Shown here: positions 8,009 to 16,221 of the stretch, piece by piece
How positions within the stretch are numbered: the stretch's first letter is position 1
Layout of the letters: each line of letters begins with the position of its first letter
Assembly (NCBI GenBank): GCA_040219255.1
Contig: JAVJSW010000034.1
Location: forward strand, 1-39,945
DNA from: Sumerlaeia bacterium
GTDB lineage: Bacteria > Sumerlaeota > Sumerlaeia > SLMS01 > JAHLLQ01
Length of the DNA: 39,945 bases
Reading direction: 5' to 3'
The notes under the pieces: model-generated
Told to the model about the DNA's origin: nothing
Databases searched by the model: none
Seen by the model: only the letters and a program-made list of their open reading frames with translations
Program-made: the position numbers and the translations under genes

Positions 8009-9302
8009 GCCCGCGCTTTTCGCCTTTCTCGTAACTCTTCCGGTTTCAGGCTTCGCCGCCCCGGATTTCGCGCCGCCGGTGCGCCTCACGGATTCCGCGG
8101 CCAAGTACCGCCTCTCTCGCAACCCCAGCCAGGCCATGGACTTCGACAGCAGCGGCACCTTGCACCTCGCCTATTGGTCCGGCGGTTTCGCCACGTCGGC
8201 AGCGGAACCGTCCTTCATCTACTATCGCAGCTGGACCCCGGGCGGGGGTTGGACGGCTCAGCAGAGCATTGACAACAGTGAAGATGGGTCGGCCCAGCAC
8301 CTCGGCGGACGGCAGCCGACCCTCTCCCTCGCGCCCGATGGAACGGTCTGGGTCGTCTGGCACGACGCCCGTCACACCACCACCGCACCGCCCGCCAACA
8401 ACATCGACAACCTGGAAATCTACGGCGACTTCAAGACGCCAGGCGGATCGTTCACGAATGGGGACTTACGCATCACGGACACCAGCGCCGCGCACCTCGG
8501 CGACAACGGTTACATGCCTCGCGTCGCATTGACCCCGGGCGGCCTGCCGAGGGTGCTCTGGTACGATTACAACGCCGACTTCGGCATCTCCGATCTCTAC
8601 GTCAAGACCGCCACCGGACCCGGCGCCTTCGATGCCACCGCCTTGCCCCGCCTGACCGATCTGGCGGATCGATCCCCCGATCCGGAGCCCATCACCGCCC
8701 CCGATTTCGTGGTCCTGCCGGACGGTTCCGGCCACGCCGTCTGGACCGAGGGCACCAGCTCACCCGGGCCGCTTTTCTACAGCGAAGTCCCCGACACGAT
8801 CACCTCGAGCGTTGTGGGGACTCAGCTTGCGGCGGAAACCGGCGGTTTCTTTGATCCGGCCCGGCTCGTCGCGGCGCCGAACGGCGACCTGTGGGTGCTC
8901 TATACCGATCGCAGCGGCGCGGCCCGCAATGTGACGGCGCGGCGCAGAGCCCCGGGCGATTCGGCCTTTGGCCCGCCCATCGCGCTAACCTCAGCCGCCT
9001 CAGACCAATACGCCCCCCACGGGGCGGTCGATGGGGATGGGATTCTGCACGTCGTCTGGGTCGATGAACGGGCGGGCCAGCACGTTTACTATGGCGAATA
9101 CGACCCGGTTCTGGATGCCATGGTGGCAGAAATCCCGATCACCGACACGGCCGCCGAATGGGCACGGCCCGCCATTGCGCTCGACACCTCCGGCGCGCCC
9201 GTCGTTGTGTTTGAAGAAGATAGCGGCCTTTCCACCGGCGATCTCTGGTTCGCCATCCCCTCGGTTCAGGCCGCCGCCCACGGTTGGTCGAATTACGAGT
9301 GA
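8001..9302 (+). CDS. Secreted beta-propeller protein (repeated DxxGxxHxxW blades)
   Basis: Signal peptide MNKPALFAFLVTLPVSGFA. Repeats DSSGTLHLAYW, PDGTVWVVWHD, DGDGILHVVWVDE. Overlaps the upstream stop; ends HGWSNYE. Confidence 0.75.
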   Translation: MNKPALFAFLVTLPVSGFAAPDFAPPVRLTDSAAKYRLSRNPSQAMDFDSSGTLHLAYWSGGFATSAAEPSFIYYRSWTPGGGWTAQQSIDNSEDGSAQHLGGRQPTLSLAPDGTVWVVWHDARHTTTAPPANNIDNLEIYGDFKTPGGSFTNGDLRITDTSAAHLGDNGYMPRVALTPGGLPRVLWYDYNADFGISDLYVKTATGPGAFDATALPRLTDLADRSPDPEPITAPDFVVLPDGSGHAVWTEGTSSPGPLFYSEVPDTITSSVVGTQLAAETGGFFDPARLVAAPNGDLWVLYTDRSGAARNVTARRRAPGDSAFGPPIALTSAASDQYAPHGAVDGDGILHVVWVDERAGQHVYYGEYDPVLDAMVAEIPITDTAAEWARPAIALDTSGAPVVVFEEDSGLSTGDLWFAIPSVQAAAHGWSNYE

Positions 9303-11341
9303 AGCAACGGCATCCCCATCTTTGTGTATTCCTGATTTTGCTGGGTTTGGCCTTGGCCGTTTTCAGCGGCCGGCTCGAATCCAGCGATGAAATCCTGATG
9401 GCGATGACCGCCCGGTCCCTGGTGCTGGAGCAAAGTCTCCGTTTCCCAGAGACCTACGGCCAGACCCTTACCGGCTATGGCGTCGGGACGCCGTTGGCCG
9501 CCACGCCGTTTTTCCTGCTCGAACATGCCTTGCGCAACGGCCTTGGCCTCGACCTGGGCGAGAACGTTTCGCTGCTGCCGCTCACGAACGCCGCGCTGTT
9601 CGCGCTGCTCGGCGCCCTGCTGAGCGGCATCTGCGCGTGGGCGACGGGCAAAAAATTGATCTTCGCGCCGGTGCTGGCGCTCGCGGCGTCGCCGTTCCTG
9701 CCGGCGTCGGCGACGCTGTACAGCGACGTCTTGGCGGCGGTGGGCGTCGTGGGATTGCTGTGGGCGCTGCTGCCGAGGGACGGCGCCGGGGGATGGAAAC
9801 TGCTCGCCGCCGCCGCGATTTGCGCCGCGTTCGCGCTCATGGCGCGCATGGCCGTGGCGCCGTTGGTGCTGCTCGTAATCGTTTGGGGTTGGCGAAATGG
9901 GTCGGCCAAGGCCGCTCTCGGCGCCGCGCTGGCGGGTGTCGGAGCGGGAATCGGCGTGCGGCTTTTGCAGAACTGGTCGCTGCGCGGGTCGCCACTGGCG
10001 CAAGGCTACGACGGCCAGGAGTTCACGACGCCGCTGCTGGTGGGCCTGCACGGGCTGCTCTTTTCGCCCGAGCGGGGCCTGGCGATTTTCTGGCCGCTGG
10101 GGTTGGTGGCGCTGGGCGTGGTGCTGGGCTCTCAACCACAGAGGGACACAGAGGACGGAGGTTTCACAGTAGAGGGCGCGGACGCGCGGGCGAGATCGTT
10201 GGCATTGTTGGGGTTGGGAGCGTTGGTGTTTTCGGTGGTGTTCCACGCGAAGTTTTGGACGTGGCACGGGGGCTGGACGATGGGTCCTCGGTTTTTGCTG
10301 CCCGCGATGGCGTTGGCGATGCCGGCGGTGGTGGTGGCGATTTCGCAAAGTGAGATTTGGTCGTGGTTTTGGAGGCGCCCGTTTCTGACCGGCACCGTTC
10401 TGCTCGCGCTGGCTTGGTCGGCCTGGGGGGCCGCGCTGTACTCCTTCTTCAGCCCCATCGCGGGTTGGAACGAGCGCTGGGGAATTATCGGTCAGATCGA
10501 GAGCCGGTGGCTGTTCGAGCCACAGTTGAGCCTTTGGGTGACGTGGCCTGACGCCTTGGCGGACGAAGCCATGAAACCACGGTGGGCCGTCGGCGTGGGA
10601 GCAATCTTCGGACAAGCCTTCTTCAGCATCTTTTGTCAAGGCTTTGGTGCCGTCATCCTCATCGCGGTCGCTCTCCTCTGGTCGGCGCGGTTTTTCTGCC
10701 GCTGGCTGGAGCAGAAAAAGGGGCCTATGTCCCGCAACGTCAGGGCATTATACACGACCTGCGTGCCTATTCTCTTGTTCTTCATCCTTGGCTTTCCACT
10801 TCTCTATGGACTGAACCGAGACAGCATCGCCACCGATGACGATCGCGATGAAATCCCCGCCCTCCGCCTCCGCGCCCCGGCCAACGCCACCGCCCTTCTG
10901 GACCTCCGCCCGCATGGGACTTACACGTTTTCGGCCAAGGCCAACGGCCTGTACCGCGTGACCATTGATGGCGAGACCATCATGGAGCAGCAGGAAGCGG
11001 TGCCGCAGCACCTCGCTCAGGGGCGCTACGTGGTTGAGGAGTCGGGGGTGCGGCTGCTCGAGGTGGATTTCGAGCCGATCCCGGGGCGCGAGGCGGAGGC
11101 GCTGTTCAACCTGTATTGGACGTGGCCGGGCGAGGGGCGGTTGCTGGAAAGCGTGGGGGGCGAATACGTTTATCCGACGGAGCCGGGCGCCTTCGCGCAA
11201 ACGGCGGCGGCGGTGCGGCGGAAATTACCCATCGCGGTGGCCTTCGGGTTGGCATTGCTTTTGGTGTTCTTCTGGCCGGGACACCGGTTTTCGGGGCTTT
11301 GCGAGCCCGCGAACCGCGACCCCGCGAAGCCGGAACCGTAA
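9299..11341 (+). CDS. Polytopic membrane protein, GT-C (ArnT/PMT-like) glycosyltransferase-like, with a C-terminal PA14-like extracytoplasmic domain
   Basis: GTGA overlap with the upstream stop. Acidic SSDE in the first loop, many TM helices, WHGGWTMGPRFLLP motif, and GTYTFSAKANGLYRVTIDG...LYWTWPG as a PA14-like segment. Confidence 0.6.
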   Translation: MKQRHPHLCVFLILLGLALAVFSGRLESSDEILMAMTARSLVLEQSLRFPETYGQTLTGYGVGTPLAATPFFLLEHALRNGLGLDLGENVSLLPLTNAALFALLGALLSGICAWATGKKLIFAPVLALAASPFLPASATLYSDVLAAVGVVGLLWALLPRDGAGGWKLLAAAAICAAFALMARMAVAPLVLLVIVWGWRNGSAKAALGAALAGVGAGIGVRLLQNWSLRGSPLAQGYDGQEFTTPLLVGLHGLLFSPERGLAIFWPLGLVALGVVLGSQPQRDTEDGGFTVEGADARARSLALLGLGALVFSVVFHAKFWTWHGGWTMGPRFLLPAMALAMPAVVVAISQSEIWSWFWRRPFLTGTVLLALAWSAWGAALYSFFSPIAGWNERWGIIGQIESRWLFEPQLSLWVTWPDALADEAMKPRWAVGVGAIFGQAFFSIFCQGFGAVILIAVALLWSARFFCRWLEQKKGPMSRNVRALYTTCVPILLFFILGFPLLYGLNRDSIATDDDRDEIPALRLRAPANATALLDLRPHGTYTFSAKANGLYRVTIDGETIMEQQEAVPQHLAQGRYVVEESGVRLLEVDFEPIPGREAEALFNLYWTWPGEGRLLESVGGEYVYPTEPGAFAQTAAAVRRKLPIAVAFGLALLLVFFWPGHRFSGLCEPANRDPAKPEP

Positions 11342-11449
11342 AGTCACGGTTTCCGGATCGGGCCTATCGCATTGGGCCCTTCGCGAGTCGAGTCTCACAG
11401 GGCGCCGGACCCCCAAATCCGCGCCCGCCACGAAGGAGAACCCGCGGCC

Positions 11450-13237
11450 ATGATCCGTGCGACGACCAAAGAACTCGGCCTCATCCTCAGCGAAAAGGGC
11501 CTCGTCGATCCCAACGACCTCGACGCGGCGGTGCGCGATTCCCACAAGACGGGCCTGCGCCTGGGCGAAACCCTGATCAAAATGGGCTTTGTCGAGGAAG
11601 AGCAGATCATGATGGCCGTGGCCGAGCAGGTCGGGGCGCCCTTCCGCAAACTGACGGGATTCCAGCCTGATCCCCAGGTGCTCGACATGGTGCCGGTCCG
11701 GGTGGCGTCGCATTACAACGTGCTGCCGCTGGAATACGACGAAGACATGGGCGTGCTGCACGTGGCCATTGTCGATCCGCTGGACTTCCACGTGTTAGAC
11801 GAACTGCGCCGGCTGCTGGGGCTCGAAGTCGAGCCGGTGGTTTGCCTGCGCGAGGAAATCGAGAAAGCTCGCAACCGGGCCTATGGCGTGGGCGGCGACA
11901 CGATCCGCGACATGGAGGATGAGCGCCTGGAGGAAGGTGACGACGGCGAAGACGGCATCATCGGCGGCGATTTCGAAATCGACGAAGAAGCGGGCCACGA
12001 GGACGCCTCGATCGTCAAATTCGTGAACCAGGTGGTGAAAGAAGCCTTCCGCGACCGCGCCACCGACATCCACGTCGAACCGTTCGAACGCGAACTGCGC
12101 GTGCGCTACCGCATCGACGGCGTGCTCTACGAGGCCCCCATCCCGCCGGCCATCAAACGTTACCAGCAGGCCATCATCAGCCGTATCAAGATCATGTCGG
12201 ACCTGAACATCGCCGAACGGCGCCTGCCCCAGGACGGCAAGATCAAGCTGAAGATGCAGGGCAAGGAATTCGACCTCCGCGTATCGACGGTGCCGACGCC
12301 TTACGGCGAGTCTTGCGCCATTCGTATTTTGTCACGCGACAGCGAACTGTGCACGCTCGACCGCCTCGGTTTCAGCGAATACCACAAGGGCCTGATGCGC
12401 GAGATGATCCAGAAGCCCCACGGGGTTATCTTCATCACCGGCCCCACGGGTTCCGGCAAGTCCACGACGCTGTACGCGTCGCTCACAGAGATCAACACGC
12501 CCGAGCGCAAGATCATCACCGTCGAGGACCCCATCGAGTACCGTATCCCCGGCGTGACCCAGATTCAGGTCAACCCGGGCATCGATCTGACCTTCGCCCG
12601 CATCCTGAGAACCCTTCTGCGCCAGGATCCGGACGTCATCATGGTCGGTGAAACGCGTGACCCGGAAACGGCCCGCGCCACCATCGCCAACGCCATGACG
12701 GGTCACCTGGTGTTCTCGACGCTGCACACGAACGACGCGTGCTCGGCCGTGACACGTCTCGAGGACATGGGCATCGAGCCCTTCCTGGTGGCCTCCTCGG
12801 TGGAAGGCATGGTGGCCCAGCGTCTCGTGCGCGTGCTGTGCACGGAATGCAAGACGCCCTACAAGCCGGACCCTCGGATGGTGGCCCAGGTGAACATGAC
12901 CCGCGCCAACCCGGACGACATCGAATTCTTCCGCCCCGTGGGCTGCGAAGCCTGCCGCTACACGGGCTTCAAGGGCCGCACGGCGGTGCACGAGATGGTG
13001 AAGATGAACGAAGGCCTGCGCCGCCAGGTCGTGGCCGGCTCCAGCGCCAGCGAAATCAAACGGGAAGCCCTGCTGCACGGCTTCAAACCGATCCGCTACG
13101 ACGGCTGGAACAAGATCAAAGAAGGCCACACGACCATCGAGGAAGTGCTCCGCGTCACCATGGAAGACGAACTCAGCGGCGAAGAAATGGCCGAGGCGAT
13201 CGGGATGTCGGAGGCGGAGAGTGGTGGGAAGGAATGA
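11450..13237 (+). CDS. gspE: Type II secretion/type IV pilus assembly ATPase (GspE/PilB) with an N-terminal MshEN-like domain
   Basis: AAGGAG RBS. Walker A GPTGSGKSTT, TVEDPIEY, LRQDPDVIMVGE, GHLVFSTLHTN, and a CxxC/CxxC zinc motif. Confidence 0.95.
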   Translation: MIRATTKELGLILSEKGLVDPNDLDAAVRDSHKTGLRLGETLIKMGFVEEEQIMMAVAEQVGAPFRKLTGFQPDPQVLDMVPVRVASHYNVLPLEYDEDMGVLHVAIVDPLDFHVLDELRRLLGLEVEPVVCLREEIEKARNRAYGVGGDTIRDMEDERLEEGDDGEDGIIGGDFEIDEEAGHEDASIVKFVNQVVKEAFRDRATDIHVEPFERELRVRYRIDGVLYEAPIPPAIKRYQQAIISRIKIMSDLNIAERRLPQDGKIKLKMQGKEFDLRVSTVPTPYGESCAIRILSRDSELCTLDRLGFSEYHKGLMREMIQKPHGVIFITGPTGSGKSTTLYASLTEINTPERKIITVEDPIEYRIPGVTQIQVNPGIDLTFARILRTLLRQDPDVIMVGETRDPETARATIANAMTGHLVFSTLHTNDACSAVTRLEDMGIEPFLVASSVEGMVAQRLVRVLCTECKTPYKPDPRMVAQVNMTRANPDDIEFFRPVGCEACRYTGFKGRTAVHEMVKMNEGLRRQVVAGSSASEIKREALLHGFKPIRYDGWNKIKEGHTTIEEVLRVTMEDELSGEEMAEAIGMSEAESGGKE

Positions 13238-13238
13238 T

Positions 13239-13408
13239 TTCACCACGGAGGCACGGGGACACGGAGATGTTTGCTCCGGTGACTTCGCGCCTTGTTTCAG
13301 ATTTGGAATAATGGGACTTGATATGAATGACTTCTTTGAATCATCGAAGCAGCAAGGCTTGGCCTATCGCCAAAGCACATCTTCGTGCCTCCGTGTCTCC
13401 GTGGTGAA
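13239..13408. repeat. Palindromic MITE-like element: 32-bp imperfect inverted repeats around a 106-bp AT-rich spacer
   Basis: Left arm ttcaccacggaggcacggggacacggagatgt versus right arm acatcttcgtgcctccgtgtctccgtggtgaa, 4 mismatches. Fills the gspE-gspF gap. Confidence 0.85.
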
Positions 13409-13416
13409 TAACTAAT

Positions 13417-14937
13417 ATGGCTCAGTTTACCTACAAAGCGAAAGACCAAGGCGGCGCCCCCGTTGAGGGGACGATGGAGGCGGATAGCCGGGGGGCGGTG
13501 ACGGCTCGGTTGCAGCAGATGGGTTATTTCCCGATCTCGATCGCGCAGGGCGCGAGCGGCGGTGGGAAGTCCGCGGCCACGGCGAAGAAGGCGGCGGCGA
13601 AGGTTTCGGGCAAAGCGGCGGCGGTGGCCAAGGATCCGCCCTCGAACGGCGGCGGCGGCATGGCGACGACCACGTTGGTTCCCAAGATGCCGAGCAAAAT
13701 CGTGCCGAAGCCTGCGACAAACGGTTCGATGCCGATGATCGCGAAGCTGGGCGGCGGCAAGAGCAAGGACGGCCTGGCGAAGCTGCCCGCCAAGGCTGAC
13801 AAAAAAGGGACGAGCATCAAGGAAGCGGCGAAGGCGATGCGCAAATCCGAGGCGAAGACCTCGGGCGCCAAACCCGCCTTTGGCCAGCGCGGCAAGAAGG
13901 TGAAGGCGGCGGAAATGGCCTCCTTCAACCGCCAGCTCGCGGACTTGCTCAGCAGCGGCGTGGCCCTCGTGAAGGCGCTGACCATCCTGCAGAAGCAAAC
14001 CGAGAACGAGGTGCTGCACGCCACCATCGAGCAGATCAACAGCGACGTGCAGGGCGGCGACACCTTCGCCGACGCGCTGGCGAAACACCCGCGGCTGTTC
14101 AGCAAGCTCTACATCGCCATGGTGCGCTCGGGCGAAGCGGGCGGCATGCTCGACGACGTCTTGCAGCGGCTGGCGGATTTCAGCGAGCAGGAAGAGCAGC
14201 TCAAGGGCCGCGTGAAGAGCGCCCTGGCCTATCCGGTGGTCATGATGGTAGCCGGGTCGGGCGCTGTGTTCATTATGTTTACCTACATCGTCCCGAAGAT
14301 CGTTTCGACCTTCAAGGAAATGGGCCAGTCCCTGCCGACGATCACGAAGTGGCTCATCGCCATCAGCGAATTCTGCGAGGCCTACTGGCCCTTCGTTATC
14401 GGTGGCGGTGCCCTCGCGGTGATCGGGTTCTGGCAGTTCATGCGCACCGCCGAAGGCCGCGCGCTCTTCGACCGCAACGTGCTGCGCGTGCCGATCCTGG
14501 GCGAGGTGGTGCAAAAGCGCGAGGTCTCGCGGTTCGCGCGCACACTCGGGTCGCTGCTCAAGAACGGCGTGCCGATCCTGACGGCGCTGCAAATCACCCG
14601 CGACGTGCTCGATAACTCCATCGCCAAGGCGGAAGTGGAAAAAGTCAGCGAGCAGATCACCCAGGGCGCCAGCATCGCCGAACCGTTGCGCAACAGCGCC
14701 ATCTTCCCGCCGGTGGCCGTGAACATGATGTCGGTGGGCGAGGAAACGGGCCGCCTCGAGCACGTGCTGCTGCGCATCAGCGAGTCCTATGAAATGGAAA
14801 CGGACCGGAAAATCCGGACCCTGACCAGCCTGATCGAGCCGCTCATCATCGTGGTGATGGGTTGTATCGTGGCGTTCATCGTGATCGCGATGCTGCTGCC
14901 GATTTTCAGCCTGGACCCGACGGGAGGTGGCGGATGA
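13417..14937 (+). CDS. gspF: Type II secretion inner membrane platform protein (GspF/PilC)
   Basis: MAQFTYKAKD start, FNRQLADLLSSGV, HPRLFSKLYIAMVRSGEAGGML, KSALAYP, VGEETGRL, LIEPLIIV, AMLLPIF. Confidence 0.95.
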   Translation: MAQFTYKAKDQGGAPVEGTMEADSRGAVTARLQQMGYFPISIAQGASGGGKSAATAKKAAAKVSGKAAAVAKDPPSNGGGGMATTTLVPKMPSKIVPKPATNGSMPMIAKLGGGKSKDGLAKLPAKADKKGTSIKEAAKAMRKSEAKTSGAKPAFGQRGKKVKAAEMASFNRQLADLLSSGVALVKALTILQKQTENEVLHATIEQINSDVQGGDTFADALAKHPRLFSKLYIAMVRSGEAGGMLDDVLQRLADFSEQEEQLKGRVKSALAYPVVMMVAGSGAVFIMFTYIVPKIVSTFKEMGQSLPTITKWLIAISEFCEAYWPFVIGGGALAVIGFWQFMRTAEGRALFDRNVLRVPILGEVVQKREVSRFARTLGSLLKNGVPILTALQITRDVLDNSIAKAEVEKVSEQITQGASIAEPLRNSAIFPPVAVNMMSVGEETGRLEHVLLRISESYEMETDRKIRTLTSLIEPLIIVVMGCIVAFIVIAMLLPIFSLDPTGGGG

Positions 14938-15716
14938 TGGGGCGGCGGCGGACGGCGAACCAGCGCGCGATGACCATGATCGAAATCATGCTCGTGGTCG
15001 TGATTCTCGGCATCCTGATGGCGGTGGCGCTGCCCAAGATGTCGGGAACGAACGAACGCGCGGCGCTGAACACCACGGCGCGCGACATCGCCAAGCTCGC
15101 CGCCATCGCCCGCCAGACGGCGCAGAGCACGCAAAAGCAGACGGCTCTGATCCTCGATCTGGAACAGCGCCAGTGGTACCTGGACCTGGACTACGATCCC
15201 GAGAAGCGCCGAAGCTATTCGCGGTCGCGCGATCCCATCGCCGCCGACGAGGAGCCGCAGGACCTGCACCAGATTCTGGAGATGTCGGTCCTCGACGAAG
15301 ACAACGACCCCATCGACGAAGACGAAATCGCCATCGTGTTCTACCCGAACGGGACCTCGACGGGCGGGCGGATTTTCCTGAAGACGACGCGCCGCGAACG
15401 CAAGATGACGGTGGAAATCGAGGAAGCGACGGGGCGGTCGGAGGCCTACGAGGGCGAGCCGAAGTCGCTGGCGCAGCGATTCGCCGACGCAGGCGTGGAC
15501 GTGTCCGCGCTGCCGGGTCTGCCCGGCGCGGACGAGGTGGAGGGCGCCAACGCCGTCGAAACGGAAGACCCGCGCGGCGGATTCCGGCGCGTGGCCGGCA
15601 GCAGCGAAGAGCGCATCGGTGCCTACAGCAGCGCCGTCGAACGCATCCTGGGCAAGACCCAGCAAAAGGTCGAGCGCGAGAAGGAAATCCAGGAACGCCG
15701 GGGGAACGCGCCGTGA
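14934..15716 (+). CDS. Minor pseudopilin, GspH/FimT-like
   Basis: ATGA overlap with gspF. Basic leader, A|MTMIEIMLVVVILGILMAVALP helix, IVFYPNGTSTGG motif. Confidence 0.8.
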   Translation: MMGRRRTANQRAMTMIEIMLVVVILGILMAVALPKMSGTNERAALNTTARDIAKLAAIARQTAQSTQKQTALILDLEQRQWYLDLDYDPEKRRSYSRSRDPIAADEEPQDLHQILEMSVLDEDNDPIDEDEIAIVFYPNGTSTGGRIFLKTTRRERKMTVEIEEATGRSEAYEGEPKSLAQRFADAGVDVSALPGLPGADEVEGANAVETEDPRGGFRRVAGSSEERIGAYSSAVERILGKTQQKVEREKEIQERRGNAP

Positions 15717-16207
15717 TTCTGCGCCGTTCTCCGCGCCCCCCCGCGGGCTTTGTCCTGCTCGAGGTCATGATCGCCCTCGTGATTCTGGCGATGACGCTGG
15801 TGGCGTTGCTGCGCGGGTTCGCGCTGGCCCTCGGCACCGTGCGGTCGAACAACGCCACGGCGACAGCCAGCTTCCTCGCCGCCTCGCTGATGGAGGACTA
15901 CGAACTGGAACCACCCTTGCGGGACCAGGACGGTAAGTTCTCCGAAGACCCGCGCTTTGGCGAGGCCTTCGAAAACTACGGCTATGAAGTGACCATCGAG
16001 GAGGAGGACGTCCGCTATCGCGACGAAGACCGGGAACCACTGCGGGAGCTGGATCCGATGTACAAAATGACGCTCAAGATCCGCTACACGCCGGGCGAGG
16101 ACGGTTACGACCAGAGCGACTCGAAAGTCCTCATCGCCGTCGACTCGTACCTGGTCGAGACACAGCTATTCTCGAAAGAAGCCATGCAGCAGAACCAGTT
16201 GTTCTGA
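15713..16207 (+). CDS. Minor pseudopilin, GspI-like
   Basis: GTGA overlap. G|FVLLEVMIALVILA prepilin motif; position between the H-like and J-like genes. Confidence 0.8.
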   Translation: MILRRSPRPPAGFVLLEVMIALVILAMTLVALLRGFALALGTVRSNNATATASFLAASLMEDYELEPPLRDQDGKFSEDPRFGEAFENYGYEVTIEEEDVRYRDEDREPLRELDPMYKMTLKIRYTPGEDGYDQSDSKVLIAVDSYLVETQLFSKEAMQQNQLF

Positions 16208-16221
16208 GCGGGGAGGGGATT

